Source: Promethearchaeota archaeon
GTDB taxonomy: Archaea > Asgardarchaeota > Lokiarchaeia > Sigyniarchaeales > SOKP01
Assembly: GCA_048938895.1 (NCBI GenBank)
Contig: JBHLLU010000008.1
Location: 1 to 64,000 of the forward strand
DNA length: 64,000 nucleotides
Direction: 5' to 3'
Under the pieces are notes generated by a model, which was given only the letters and a program-made list of their open reading frames with translations, was not told where the DNA came from and did no database searches. The position numbers and the translations under genes are program-made. Of this stretch, positions 48,922 through 59,338 are shown piece by piece (positions within the stretch are counted from its first letter, which is position 1; each line of letters opens with the position of its first letter).

Positions 48922-50622
48922 ATGAAAACAAATAAGCAAACCTCTATTACTATTGTCCCATTCATCATTATAGGTCTAACCATAAGTATTTTTGTCATCC
49001 ATCCTAACGTTTTTTTTTTACATAATAATGAAAAAAAGGAAGATTTCATTTCCTCTAATAATCTAAAAATCTCGAATGGACCACCTTTATCATACTTGGC
49101 AATCGATCGAAATGCTACAACGATTTATCGGTTATTTGAAGATATAAATATTACAATTGATACTTTTGGTTATAGTGATGTTGATCATAGCCTTATTCAA
49201 ATAGATTTTTCAAATGGCTCAACAGTTAACTACAACATGGAACAAACATCTATTTATGAATATTCATATGTGTTTCAACCTAATTATAATGCCCCTTTAG
49301 GATTACAAAATGTTAGTTTCTTAATTTACAACGCAACTAATGCGCTTTTAAATGCACATACCACCTATACAAACTTTACAATTAAAACTAATTACATGGT
49401 ATTAATTAATAGTTCTGAATATAAGATTGGGGATGATTTATATGCTGAATTAACGGTGAATAATTTCGGTTCTTATCAATTTGGTTGGAACGTCACAATT
49501 GTTAATAGTACTCACGAATCAGAACAAGGCAATATGATAGATTTCGTTTATAATGCTGTTCAATTTACATATCATATTGATAATGGGACATTTTATGAGA
49601 TTATAGATCGAACTTTCTATGTAAAACTAAATATGACAGATTTAATTACTGGAAAAACAAATGCAGCATATTTTCCTTTTGAAGTCTTGAATTCTAATCC
49701 AAATATAGACACTTCATCAATTTCATTTTCTCCAACAACGGTATATAGAGAGGAAGATTGTACAATTAGTTTGAATGTTACTGACACTGAAGTACTATCC
49801 CGATACTTAAATATTGATATGGATATTGAAGATTCGCAAGGAAATTTCGTTTCCACAGTTGCTATTGAACATACAAGTAAAAATAACTTTACTACTGTCT
49901 TTTCTATTCCCGCTGCTAGTCCCATTGGAAAATATAGGATAAATATAACAGCAGAAGATCCATCAGGTGGAAGTGATTTAGTTCAAACTTTTCTTGAGGT
50001 AAAAAATAATCTACCCAAGATTCACAGTTATAAAATCAATGGAAAAAGCTCAGAGCAGGGAATATCAATCGCTTATGGAAAAAATATTGTCTTTTCATTT
50101 AATGTTTCAGATGTTGAAGGAGTCACTTATATTAAAGTAGCACTTTTGGATGAAAATAATGAGTGGTACAATATAACCACAGATTATAAAGGATTAGATA
50201 CAGAAATAAGTATCCGGACAATTGATTTAATAACTGGGGTGTGGTATGTATATATTTACGTAATTGATAGCGATGGAGCAGTCACAAGCCTTACAGATGA
50301 TTACGATAAGGCACCACAAGCAATAACTATCATTCCTGATACTTTAAGTACTCTTCTGCCTTGGTTACTTTTCATTATTGGAATACTAATAGGAATTCTA
50401 ATAAGTATAGGTCTTACCTTTCGATATTATAGATCAAAAATGGTTGATTCCAAAACAATTTCCACCAAAAAGAAAGATACTAGTTCAAAAAAAAAACCAA
50501 AAAGTAAAGATTTAAAAGAGGAACAACCCACAGAACCTCCAGAAACAGAAATAAAGGAAGAATTAAAATTTGAGAAAGAAGAAGAAGGCGCGCCTAAACG
50601 AAAAATTAAAAGAAAATTATAG
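48922..50622 (+). CDS. Membrane-anchored extracellular protein with Ig-like repeats and charged cytoplasmic tail
   Basis: NVTD/NVSD..G beta-sandwich repeats, C-terminal TM, K/E-rich tail. Confidence 0.65.
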   Translation: MKTNKQTSITIVPFIIIGLTISIFVIHPNVFFLHNNEKKEDFISSNNLKISNGPPLSYLAIDRNATTIYRLFEDINITIDTFGYSDVDHSLIQIDFSNGSTVNYNMEQTSIYEYSYVFQPNYNAPLGLQNVSFLIYNATNALLNAHTTYTNFTIKTNYMVLINSSEYKIGDDLYAELTVNNFGSYQFGWNVTIVNSTHESEQGNMIDFVYNAVQFTYHIDNGTFYEIIDRTFYVKLNMTDLITGKTNAAYFPFEVLNSNPNIDTSSISFSPTTVYREEDCTISLNVTDTEVLSRYLNIDMDIEDSQGNFVSTVAIEHTSKNNFTTVFSIPAASPIGKYRINITAEDPSGGSDLVQTFLEVKNNLPKIHSYKINGKSSEQGISIAYGKNIVFSFNVSDVEGVTYIKVALLDENNEWYNITTDYKGLDTEISIRTIDLITGVWYVYIYVIDSDGAVTSLTDDYDKAPQAITIIPDTLSTLLPWLLFIIGILIGILISIGLTFRYYRSKMVDSKTISTKKKDTSSKKKPKSKDLKEEQPTEPPETEIKEELKFEKEEEGAPKRKIKRKL

Positions 50623-50662
50623 GAATACTAATAATTTGCCTATTAATTTAAAATTTTATTTT

Positions 50663-51574
50663 TTATTCTAAGATTTCATACAATCGGTATTGAAATTTAC
50701 CTAGCTTTCCCCCAAAATTACCTGCAGAAATTCTGGTTATGCCCGGTACTTTTACTGCTGCGTGAATTCCTAATTTCATTGAACTTTTTATCGATTCTTC
50801 AGTTGCCCCGTCTAGTATAATTTCATAAACGCAATTTTCTCCCTCGCGTAAATGTGAGTTCTCAATTTTATCTCTGAGATTAGGACATAGAGGATCGTTT
50901 GTAGAAGCATTGAGAAAAGAATATTTCGATCCAACTTTTGATCCAGATCTTGCGATTCCTCCCGGAAATGGAGTTATAACATTAGGTATATCTTTAATTG
51001 CCTCTATAGCTTTTTCAGCTGCTTCTAGAGCAGCATCCTGATTTTTCCCAATGATCAAGAAGTTCCCTCCTGCTATACCTTTCCCGACTTTCGCCATACT
51101 CTGAACAATAAATTCTCCTTCCATAACTGGAATTGACCATGCTTCAAATGGGAATTTACCTTCTACTTTTTCTTGAAATCCATCACCAAAAAACTTAAGG
51201 TTTGCCCCTATTTTTATATCAAATTCTTTTGTAGAGTCTAGAGATTCACTTAATGCATCAAAACATGCGGTAGTGGGACATGTTAAGACACATTGCCCCA
51301 AACGGTTCATTACTACATTGCTTACTTGATCCTTTTTAGTTTTAAAAAACATAACAATAACTCCAGGACGGTTATCGGGAGTTTTATCTGCTGGTACAAA
51401 AATGTCAATTCCAGCTTCAGCATCACAATGAATTGTAGATGTTCCATATCCTGTTGTAACTGATGCTGCAGTTTTCAACCATTTTTCATTTTTAGCAGTA
51501 ATTAGGATCCGAGTAAAAAAACCACCAAAAGCTTCACAAAAAGTATCTTCTATTTCTACACCATTTAATTCCAT
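50663..51574 (-). CDS. ftr: Formylmethanofuran--H4MPT formyltransferase
   Basis: IEDTFCEAF, GQCVLTCPTTA, PFPGGIARSGSK, SAGNFGGKLG motifs. Confidence 0.96.
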   Translation of the reverse strand: MELNGVEIEDTFCEAFGGFFTRILITAKNEKWLKTAASVTTGYGTSTIHCDAEAGIDIFVPADKTPDNRPGVIVMFFKTKKDQVSNVVMNRLGQCVLTCPTTACFDALSESLDSTKEFDIKIGANLKFFGDGFQEKVEGKFPFEAWSIPVMEGEFIVQSMAKVGKGIAGGNFLIIGKNQDAALEAAEKAIEAIKDIPNVITPFPGGIARSGSKVGSKYSFLNASTNDPLCPNLRDKIENSHLREGENCVYEIILDGATEESIKSSMKLGIHAAVKVPGITRISAGNFGGKLGKFQYRLYEILE

Positions 51575-51744
51575 TTTTTAATCTTACACCTTAAATTGCT
51601 TTATTTTAAAATATAATTTTTAAATAACGTATGACTAATAGCATTCTATTTTATATAAAATTTTAAAAAAAAAATAAAAACATTGAAAAATTGTAAGGAA
51701 TTATATTGTCAAATTAAAACTAAAGTTACTGAGACATAGGAAAA

Positions 51745-52581
51745 ATGAGTGAAAATGTACTTAAGATTGGGATATTGAAGAATGGAACTATTGGATCATC
51801 TCTACTACTCGCATTTTTAATGGATGAGCGTGCAGAGTCTACAAGAATCAATGTATATGAAGTTACTTCTGGTGCTAAAATGCATCCACCTGAAATGTGT
51901 ATAAAAACGATGGAGGCTCTACTAAAATGGGATCCTGAATTAATAATTATGTCAAGCCCTAATGCAGCTTTACCAGGACCAAAAGCTGCGAGAGAAATGG
52001 CAGGAAACATTCCAACTATAGTAATTTCAGACACACCAGCTAAAAAAGCTGTTGATGAATTTAAAGAGAAAAATAGGGGTTTTATTTTAGTTAATTGTGA
52101 TAGTATGATTGGGGCACGTAGACCTTTTCTTGATCCTACTGAGATGAGCATTTACAACGCAGACTTATTAAAAGTACTTGCTATTACAGGAGCACTTCAT
52201 GTCATAGCAGAGGAATTGAACAAAGTAATCATAGATATGCTAGAGGGGAGAACTCCTAGCTTACCTCAAAAAATTGTAGATGCAACAATAGCAATAAATG
52301 CTGCAAAATTCTCAAATCCATATGCACAAGCAAAGGCTATTGCTGCATTTGAATTAGCGGCTTCTGTATCAAAATTAACTGGAAAAGCTTGCTTTCAACT
52401 CAAAGAGAGATCCGAATATATACCATTACTCGCTGCAGCCCATGAGATGATGAGGACAGCGGCATTATTATGTGATGAGGCAAGAGAAATTGAAAAGTAT
52501 AATGATTCCGTTATAAGAAGGCCCCATCATGCTCAACAACACTTCCTCACAAAAATTGGGTTAAATGATAAAGAACAATAA
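51745..52581 (+). CDS. mtd: F420-dependent methylene-H4MPT dehydrogenase
   Basis: DERA, SGAKM, SPNAALPGP, DSMIGARR.FLDPTEM motifs. Confidence 0.93.
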   Translation: MSENVLKIGILKNGTIGSSLLLAFLMDERAESTRINVYEVTSGAKMHPPEMCIKTMEALLKWDPELIIMSSPNAALPGPKAAREMAGNIPTIVISDTPAKKAVDEFKEKNRGFILVNCDSMIGARRPFLDPTEMSIYNADLLKVLAITGALHVIAEELNKVIIDMLEGRTPSLPQKIVDATIAINAAKFSNPYAQAKAIAAFELAASVSKLTGKACFQLKERSEYIPLLAAAHEMMRTAALLCDEAREIEKYNDSVIRRPHHAQQHFLTKIGLNDKEQ

Positions 52582-52642
52582 TTTAAATTAAAATTAGGTT
52601 TTGAAAATAAACTCTATTTTTAACTATTTTTTCTTGATAAGC

Positions 52643-53599
52643 TTAAAACTCAGAAGATTTAAGATAAATCTTTAAATTATTGAATGCTTCTCCATTTAGT
52701 GCACTTAATACTCCTGAGAAAACTTCAGGTTGTTTACCTCTTGTAACAGCCATTAAAACAGCTCTATTAAAAACTTCTTTTACTAAAATCCAGCATTCTT
52801 CTGATTCATAGACGACAGTAGATAGTTTTAATGGTGAGAGATTTGAAATGCTCTGAAGCTCCATAATTTGTTGATAAATATTGTAGATATTAGAATCCAA
52901 AGTTCCTATCTCAAATTTCATGAATTGAAGAGGTTTTGACTTAAATTTGCCAAAGGTTGATGTAATCAATAATCCATCAGGTTGATTGAATAATAGATAT
53001 TCTGATAAAGTGTTAATTTTCAATTCATCTAGTAAATGACGAATTTTACCTAGACGTTGTAGTGATAAAGTGTTTTTCTGAATCTCATAATCTAAAATTT
53101 CAATTAACCTATGTTGAGCGCTCCCCTCTTTTACAGAGACAGGAGTAAATGAAATTTTATCTTTATATTCTCCATTTAAATTATTGGATAATACCTCATA
53201 GAATTCATCTTCTTTCGATTCCTGTAAATCTATTTTATTCAACAATACATAGGCTTGATCAATATTAGGAGAAAATTCGAATAAATTTTTCAAGAAGTTA
53301 TCGAAAATATCACGTACCCCAACATCAAGATTCGCTGAATCTACCATAAACACCGCAGTAGCAACTTCAGAAAATATGAGTTCACGTTGAGATTCAGAAA
53401 AATAACGCTCTAAATACCTTTCTTGACCCCCTAAATCCCAAATTGATAACTCTAAAATCCCTCGGAATATAAAATTTTCTCTAGATACTCCCTTTGTGGG
53501 TTTTAAATTAAGAACTTTCATAAAGTTATATCCTAGGCAAGTAGTCCTCATTAAACTTGTTTTTCCTGCGTTTGCAGGGCCGAATAGAAGTACCTTCAT
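52643..53599 (-). CDS. Rag/Gtr-family small GTPase with C-terminal roadblock/longin-like domain
   Basis: GPANAGKTS, PT (G2), WDLGGQERY, NKID; C-terminal LLFNQPDGLLITS. Confidence 0.8.
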   Translation of the reverse strand: MKVLLFGPANAGKTSLMRTTCLGYNFMKVLNLKPTKGVSRENFIFRGILELSIWDLGGQERYLERYFSESQRELIFSEVATAVFMVDSANLDVGVRDIFDNFLKNLFEFSPNIDQAYVLLNKIDLQESKEDEFYEVLSNNLNGEYKDKISFTPVSVKEGSAQHRLIEILDYEIQKNTLSLQRLGKIRHLLDELKINTLSEYLLFNQPDGLLITSTFGKFKSKPLQFMKFEIGTLDSNIYNIYQQIMELQSISNLSPLKLSTVVYESEECWILVKEVFNRAVLMAVTRGKQPEVFSGVLSALNGEAFNNLKIYLKSSEF

Positions 53600-53837
53600 T
53601 GTATTTAATGCTATTTTTAGAATATAATTAAAAAATCAATTCATTAACTATAGTAACTATTAAATTAATTGATTTTATATAATCTTTATAATTTTATCTT
53701 TATTTAATTTTTTCTAATTCTAAAAAAGAGATTCTAACTTAAAAGCAAATTGATACTTTGACGATTCAATTAAATATAATTTTTAATTTAACTAATTAAC
53801 ATAAATAAAATAAAACAAAAAAAGGATTAATGATAAA

Positions 53838-54365
53838 ATGGATCTTTTAAAATATATACGCAACGTCCCAGATTTTCCAATAGAAGGAATTCAATTCAAG
53901 GATATTACTACTTTGGCAAAAATGCATGAACCTTTTAAAGAATCATGCGATAAAATAATCAATTATTTTAAAAATAAAGGGATAACAAAAGTTACGGCAA
54001 TTGAAGCAAGAGGGTATATTTGGGGGGGTGTTATAGCATATAAACTCGGTGCTGGATTTGTGTTAATTAGAAAACCTGGAAAATTGCCTGCTGAGACGAT
54101 TAAGGAAACCTATGAACTGGAATATGGTACCGATACTATTGAGATGCACAGTGATGCTATAGAAAAAGGAGATAAAGTATTAGTTTTTGATGACTTGTTG
54201 GCAACTGGTGGCACAGCAAAAGCAGCTTGCAATTTAGTTGAAAAAGCAGGTGGGGTAGTTGTAGGTGTAGCTTTTGTAATAGAATTAACAGGAAGCTTAC
54301 ATGGACGAGAAAAATTAGAAAAGTATGATACACTTTCTTTAATACAGATCCCCGTTGAAGAATGA
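53838..54365 (+). CDS. apt: Adenine phosphoribosyltransferase
   Basis: PDFP..GI.FKDIT, EARG, YELEYG, DDLLATGGT motifs. Confidence 0.96.
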   Translation: MDLLKYIRNVPDFPIEGIQFKDITTLAKMHEPFKESCDKIINYFKNKGITKVTAIEARGYIWGGVIAYKLGAGFVLIRKPGKLPAETIKETYELEYGTDTIEMHSDAIEKGDKVLVFDDLLATGGTAKAACNLVEKAGGVVVGVAFVIELTGSLHGREKLEKYDTLSLIQIPVEE

Positions 54366-54392
54366 ATTTCTTTTTAGAAATAAAATCTTTTT

Positions 54393-55391
54393 TTATAATC
54401 CTTCTAATTCTGGAGGAGTATAACTAAAAGTAGTATAAAATCTTTTTTTCACTTGTTCAATATTAAAAACATGTGTTTGAGCACCATCGGTTTCAACAAC
54501 AAAGGAACCAATTATAGCTCCCAGCCGACATGAATCTAACAATGTCATGTTTAATATTAAACCCGATAATACTCCTGCACGATAGCCATCTCCTGCTCCT
54601 GTAGTATCTATGATTTTCTTTGGGGTAGCAATGGGGATATTAATTGTAAACTGTTTATCATTCTCATCTTTATAACATAATTGAGATCCCTCAGATCCTT
54701 TCGTGGTAATAATAGCCCTAACATGTTTAAGGATTGATTCCTTCGATAATCCTGATTTTTGTTTAATTTGATTTATTTCATAATTATTCCCAATCAAAAT
54801 TTCTGATTTATCAAGTATCTCAATTAAACTTTTTTTTTGGAAAAGTGGAGTCACCTGACCAGGATCAAATATAGATGGAATATTTAAATCAAATAACTGA
54901 TTAGCAAAATTAATCATTGCATCAATACCTTGTGTTGAGTTTATTGCGTAAATATACTCTTCAGGGTTAGAAATTTTCTCCCTTAAATCAATATCTGTAC
55001 ATTTATCTAAAGCACCACCATGGAAAATTATCATTTGATTAGATTTTATATCATTTACAATATAACAAGCGGCAGTAAATAGATCCTCGTGTTCATCAAT
55101 TATTAAATCTACATTTTTAAACCTTTTTATATGTTCCTTATACCCTAGTCTCTCAAAATCATTTCCAACTGAACCCAATAATGCTACTTTTGCAATATTT
55201 ATTAGCCCTAGATTATAAGCAATGTTTCCAGCAGTTCCTCCAAAAAATTGCTTACGGCTATCCGCTGTAACCGTACTCTGATACTCTTCCTTATCGTGGT
55301 CAATTGACACTGCATTTATAAAGCTTTCTTTAAAACCCATTATATAATCAAACGCTAAAGAACCAAGTACAAGGACTTTTGTTTGTTGCAT
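54393..55391 (-). CDS. PfkB-family nucleoside/adenosine kinase
   Basis: GSLAFD, GGTAGNIAY, DPGQ, DTTGAGD motifs; purine salvage context. Confidence 0.88.
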   Translation of the reverse strand: MQQTKVLVLGSLAFDYIMGFKESFINAVSIDHDKEEYQSTVTADSRKQFFGGTAGNIAYNLGLINIAKVALLGSVGNDFERLGYKEHIKRFKNVDLIIDEHEDLFTAACYIVNDIKSNQMIIFHGGALDKCTDIDLREKISNPEEYIYAINSTQGIDAMINFANQLFDLNIPSIFDPGQVTPLFQKKSLIEILDKSEILIGNNYEINQIKQKSGLSKESILKHVRAIITTKGSEGSQLCYKDENDKQFTINIPIATPKKIIDTTGAGDGYRAGVLSGLILNMTLLDSCRLGAIIGSFVVETDGAQTHVFNIEQVKKRFYTTFSYTPPELEGL

Positions 55392-55505
55392 GAGATTTTA
55401 AATTAAGGTTTAGAAATAAATCTTATAATATTCGATATAATAGTTAAAAAATTATTTATTAAATTTCAAATATTATAATTTAAAACTAACATAAAGGGTA
55501 AAAAA

Positions 55506-56261
55506 ATGCGACATATAAAAGTTGGAATAATTGGAGGTTCTGGATTGGATGATCCTGATATTTTAAAGGAAGCTAGAGATATAGAAACTAGTACACCATT
55601 TGGAAAGCCTACTTCTCCTCTTAAAATCGGAAAAATTAGCGATGTGGAAGTAATACTCATAGCAAGACATGGTAGAGAGCATACTATTCCCCCAACCCAG
55701 GTTAATTTTAGGGCTAATATTCAAGCATTAAAAGATCAAGGTTGTACTCATATTCTAGCCACAACTGCTTGCGGAAGCTTGAGAGAAGAAATAGAAAGAG
55801 GTGACCTAGTTATTCTAGATCAATTCATAGACTTCACTAGACTTAGAAAAATATCATTTTTCGACGAATTTGAACCTGGTGATATGAAACATACTCCTAT
55901 GGCTGATCCTTATTCAGAAGAACTAAGAAATATTCTTATTGAAACCGCAAAGGAACTAAATATAAAATATCATGAAACAGGAACTGTTGTGACAATTGAA
56001 GGTCCACGATTCTCTACTAGGGCAGAATCTCACATGTTTCGGATATGGGGTGCAGATGTAATAAACATGAGCATAGCTCCTGAGACAATTCTAGCAAATG
56101 AAGCAAATATACCTTATGCTGCTATTGCAATGTCCACCGATTACGATTGCTGGAAAGAAGATGAAGTTCCTGTTACTTGGGAAGAAATTCTTGAGATTTT
56201 TGGGAAAAATGTAAATAATGTCATAGCCTTGATAACCAATGCGATAAAAAAAATAGTCTAA
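55506..56261 (+). CDS. mtnP: S-methyl-5'-thioadenosine phosphorylase
   Basis: GIIGGSG, ARHG, EGPRFSTRAES, TDYDCW motifs. Confidence 0.93.
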   Translation: MRHIKVGIIGGSGLDDPDILKEARDIETSTPFGKPTSPLKIGKISDVEVILIARHGREHTIPPTQVNFRANIQALKDQGCTHILATTACGSLREEIERGDLVILDQFIDFTRLRKISFFDEFEPGDMKHTPMADPYSEELRNILIETAKELNIKYHETGTVVTIEGPRFSTRAESHMFRIWGADVINMSIAPETILANEANIPYAAIAMSTDYDCWKEDEVPVTWEEILEIFGKNVNNVIALITNAIKKIV

Positions 56262-56375
56262 TTATTCTTTTTCTAATATTTTGTTTTTGTATAATAATAA
56301 AATTATTATTTTTTAATCAGTTTCATAATATAATAGAAATGATGATACCAACAAAACATTTTAGACGTTAATAAT

Positions 56376-57680
56376 ATGGTAAGTATTTCCTTTCTTGGTG
56401 CATGTAGAGAAGTCGGGAGAAGCGCAGTTTTAATTGAATCTAAAAATGGTACAAAATGCATGTTAGATTATGGGATTAGATTTCGTGGAGACGAAAGACT
56501 TCCTATGGTAACAAACATAGAGAATCTAAAAGCGATTGCATTGACCCATAGTCATATAGATCATTCTGGGGGTCTTCCTTTTTTATATAAAACTCATAAA
56601 GTACCATTTATCACAAATTCAATCTCTCTTGCTTTAGCAGATATCTTAATAAAAGATATGATCAGAATTTCAAGTTATCCCTTCCCATTTGGGTATAGAG
56701 AATTAGATTTACTAAAACAGAATTCATTTTTCCTTACCAATGGAATTCGGCATAAAATTGATGATGATTTTTTTATAACTTTTATCGACGCAGGTCATAT
56801 TCCTGGAAGTGTGTCAATCTTACTCGAAGTAGATAATAAAACTATTCTATATTCTGGAGATATAAACACTCAAATCACCAATTTAATCCATTCAGCTAAC
56901 TATTCTGATATACCTGAAATAGATACATTAATAATTGAATCAACTTATGCTCTTCGAAATCATCCCCCAAGAGAGCAATTAGAAAGAGAATTTATAGAAA
57001 AAATAACAAACATTACAGAAAATGGTGGTACGGTTCTAATTCCCGCTTTTGGAGTAGCTCGTTCTCAGGAAGCACTATTAATTTTAGAAAAATACCAATA
57101 TAATGGGAAGATTTTTATTGATGGATTAGCAAGAAAAATATCAATGCTATGTTTAGATTATCCTGGTTTTATTAAAAACATAAAATTATTTAAGAGTGCC
57201 CTGAAAAAAGCTCAATTTGTCTCAAGACCTAAGACTAGGGCAAAAGTTAAAGATACTAGTGGAGTAATAATTTCACCATCTGGGATGCTTAAAGGTGGAG
57301 CTGCAATAGACTATATTCAATCAATACTCAAAGATCCTTTATCAGCAATATATTTGGTAGGGTACCAAGTTGAGGGAACTCCCGGAAGAAGTTTACTAGA
57401 TAATGGTATCTTCGAATTTAAGGAATCTCGTAAAAATAAACCTAATTTTACTTTAAGAATTGAAGCACAATGTGATTATCATTATTTTGATTTTTCCAGT
57501 CATTCTGATAATAATCATATTCACAATTATATCGAAAATCTAAAATTTAAAAAAGATTCCCATAGCGACATATTTTGCGTTCATGGAGATAACAAATCCA
57601 CTACGAGTTTAGCTAGTGAATTAGTAACTAAAAATTATAATTCTGTAGCTCCCGAAACTGGAGAAATATACCAAATCTAA
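56376..57680 (+). CDS. Metallo-beta-lactamase/beta-CASP ribonuclease without KH domains (aCPSF2-like)
   Basis: LGACREVGRS, THSHIDHSG, AGHIPGS, ESTY, FSSH, VHG motifs. Confidence 0.88.
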   Translation: MVSISFLGACREVGRSAVLIESKNGTKCMLDYGIRFRGDERLPMVTNIENLKAIALTHSHIDHSGGLPFLYKTHKVPFITNSISLALADILIKDMIRISSYPFPFGYRELDLLKQNSFFLTNGIRHKIDDDFFITFIDAGHIPGSVSILLEVDNKTILYSGDINTQITNLIHSANYSDIPEIDTLIIESTYALRNHPPREQLEREFIEKITNITENGGTVLIPAFGVARSQEALLILEKYQYNGKIFIDGLARKISMLCLDYPGFIKNIKLFKSALKKAQFVSRPKTRAKVKDTSGVIISPSGMLKGGAAIDYIQSILKDPLSAIYLVGYQVEGTPGRSLLDNGIFEFKESRKNKPNFTLRIEAQCDYHYFDFSSHSDNNHIHNYIENLKFKKDSHSDIFCVHGDNKSTTSLASELVTKNYNSVAPETGEIYQI

Positions 57681-57695
57681 TTTAATTGATATGAT

Positions 57696-59225
57696 TTAAC
57701 CGCTCTTTGCTTTTTTAAATTGATTACGAACTGCAGTGTTACAATTTTCAAGAAATATTTCAGATTTTTCAATTGGGATTTTTGTCCCTGCTGCAGGAGG
57801 GTGACCGCCCCCTAATACTTCTAAATTCGACCGTTCACATGCATCTCTAATCACTGAAGAGAGGTTTATTCCCTGATTTACAATTGTTTCATGTGCTCTT
57901 CCTGATACTTTATATACTTCTTCATCGCTTCTCTTCGCTAAGCCAAATATTGGTTTTGACTTATCAACTCCTTTGAAATCCTCGAAAATAAGCATAGAAG
58001 TAACTGTTCCTATAATACTTTCAGGAATTTTATCTTCTCCAAAAAAATATTGAATTGAGTCTTTCTGCAATATTTTATTATTCTCTTGAATCCAAGAAAG
58101 ACTCTCAAGCAAGGATTTTCTATAATTCTCCAAAATATTTTTTGATTGTTGGTAGATCTCTTTTCTATCCCCCATTGCAATAGCAATTCCAGATGAAGAA
58201 TTATGAGTTCGCCCACATGCGTTTAAAAGATTTGAAAATTCTTTCGCATCATGAAGTTCCGAACCGAGAGGTTCATTCTTTAATAAATATCTATTAACTA
58301 TTAATTTTCTTATGATTTTATTTGGTTCTAAATCTAACTTAATTGAAGCATATTCAATAATTGCTGATGAAATTTTTTGTTTTTCATCCTGATTTAATTC
58401 GCTTAACGTTTTTACTTCTCCAACGGAATTTTCCATCAAAATTCCTTGAGTTTTCAAGAAGATTAAAGTTCTATTTACATCCTTAGTTAATCCAGGTAAA
58501 TTGAAATCTGATGAATAAGCTATAGCTTCATTTAAAGGTTTTAAACTAGAAAAATTTAAATCATTGACAACCTCAATTTGCCCTAATTTTATAGCATCTC
58601 CCAAAATAAATTTGTTAAGCCCTAAAAACGATTTGTTCTCTCCTTGATTTTGTATATCCCCAATTGCCCCTATAACAGCGATGGATGATAAATCAATATT
58701 AGATTTATTCAAACATTTAGCAAAATAATAACACAATCCTGCCCCTGATATTTCGAGACTTCCATTAATACCATAGAAATAAGGATTGATGTGCCAATAT
58801 TTAGTATTTTCATGTATCTTCTTTATATTCTCGATTTCTTCTTTACTAGAAACATTCTGAGGGATATGATGATCTAAAATTAAAAATGAATTAAAATTTT
58901 TATTATCAATTAATTCTTTTTGAAGTTCTAAAAACTGTCCACTGCCAAAATCAGAAAACATTATAAAATTGTTATATTTCTGAACTTTCTCTGCTATTTT
59001 TTTAATTTCTTGCTTTTCTAATTGTCTTAGAACTGTGATTTGAAAGGGAATTTTCTCTCGATATAGAGCTTTTCCGAGAATAGCTCCTGAACTTAACCCA
59101 TCAGCATCAAGATGGGTATAAATATTAATTGGGGCTTGTATATCTTTAACTTTATCAAAAAAGTAGGATTTTGCCTTGGTAAGATCAGCTTGTAATCTTG
59201 ATAATTTTTCTTTATTTTCATCCAT
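57696..59225 (-). CDS. Archaeal RecJ/Cdc45-like DHH phosphoesterase
   Basis: HLDADG, DFGSG, LDHH, GGGHPPAAG motifs. Confidence 0.9.
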   Translation of the reverse strand: MDENKEKLSRLQADLTKAKSYFFDKVKDIQAPINIYTHLDADGLSSGAILGKALYREKIPFQITVLRQLEKQEIKKIAEKVQKYNNFIMFSDFGSGQFLELQKELIDNKNFNSFLILDHHIPQNVSSKEEIENIKKIHENTKYWHINPYFYGINGSLEISGAGLCYYFAKCLNKSNIDLSSIAVIGAIGDIQNQGENKSFLGLNKFILGDAIKLGQIEVVNDLNFSSLKPLNEAIAYSSDFNLPGLTKDVNRTLIFLKTQGILMENSVGEVKTLSELNQDEKQKISSAIIEYASIKLDLEPNKIIRKLIVNRYLLKNEPLGSELHDAKEFSNLLNACGRTHNSSSGIAIAMGDRKEIYQQSKNILENYRKSLLESLSWIQENNKILQKDSIQYFFGEDKIPESIIGTVTSMLIFEDFKGVDKSKPIFGLAKRSDEEVYKVSGRAHETIVNQGINLSSVIRDACERSNLEVLGGGHPPAAGTKIPIEKSEIFLENCNTAVRNQFKKAKSG

Positions 59226-59338
59226 TTTTTTAAACAATTAGATATTCATAAATTCAAAATTGAAATTATAATATAATAAATTATCAAAATTATAATAAAT
59301 ACTCAATTAAAAAAAATAATCTACTAAGGTGGAAATAA

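Noticed and set aside
56376-57680. beta-CASP nuclease as the termination factor acting on the leaders
   Set aside because: It lacks the N-terminal KH domains of aCPSF1/FttA and lies over 40 kb away; no evidence of a link.
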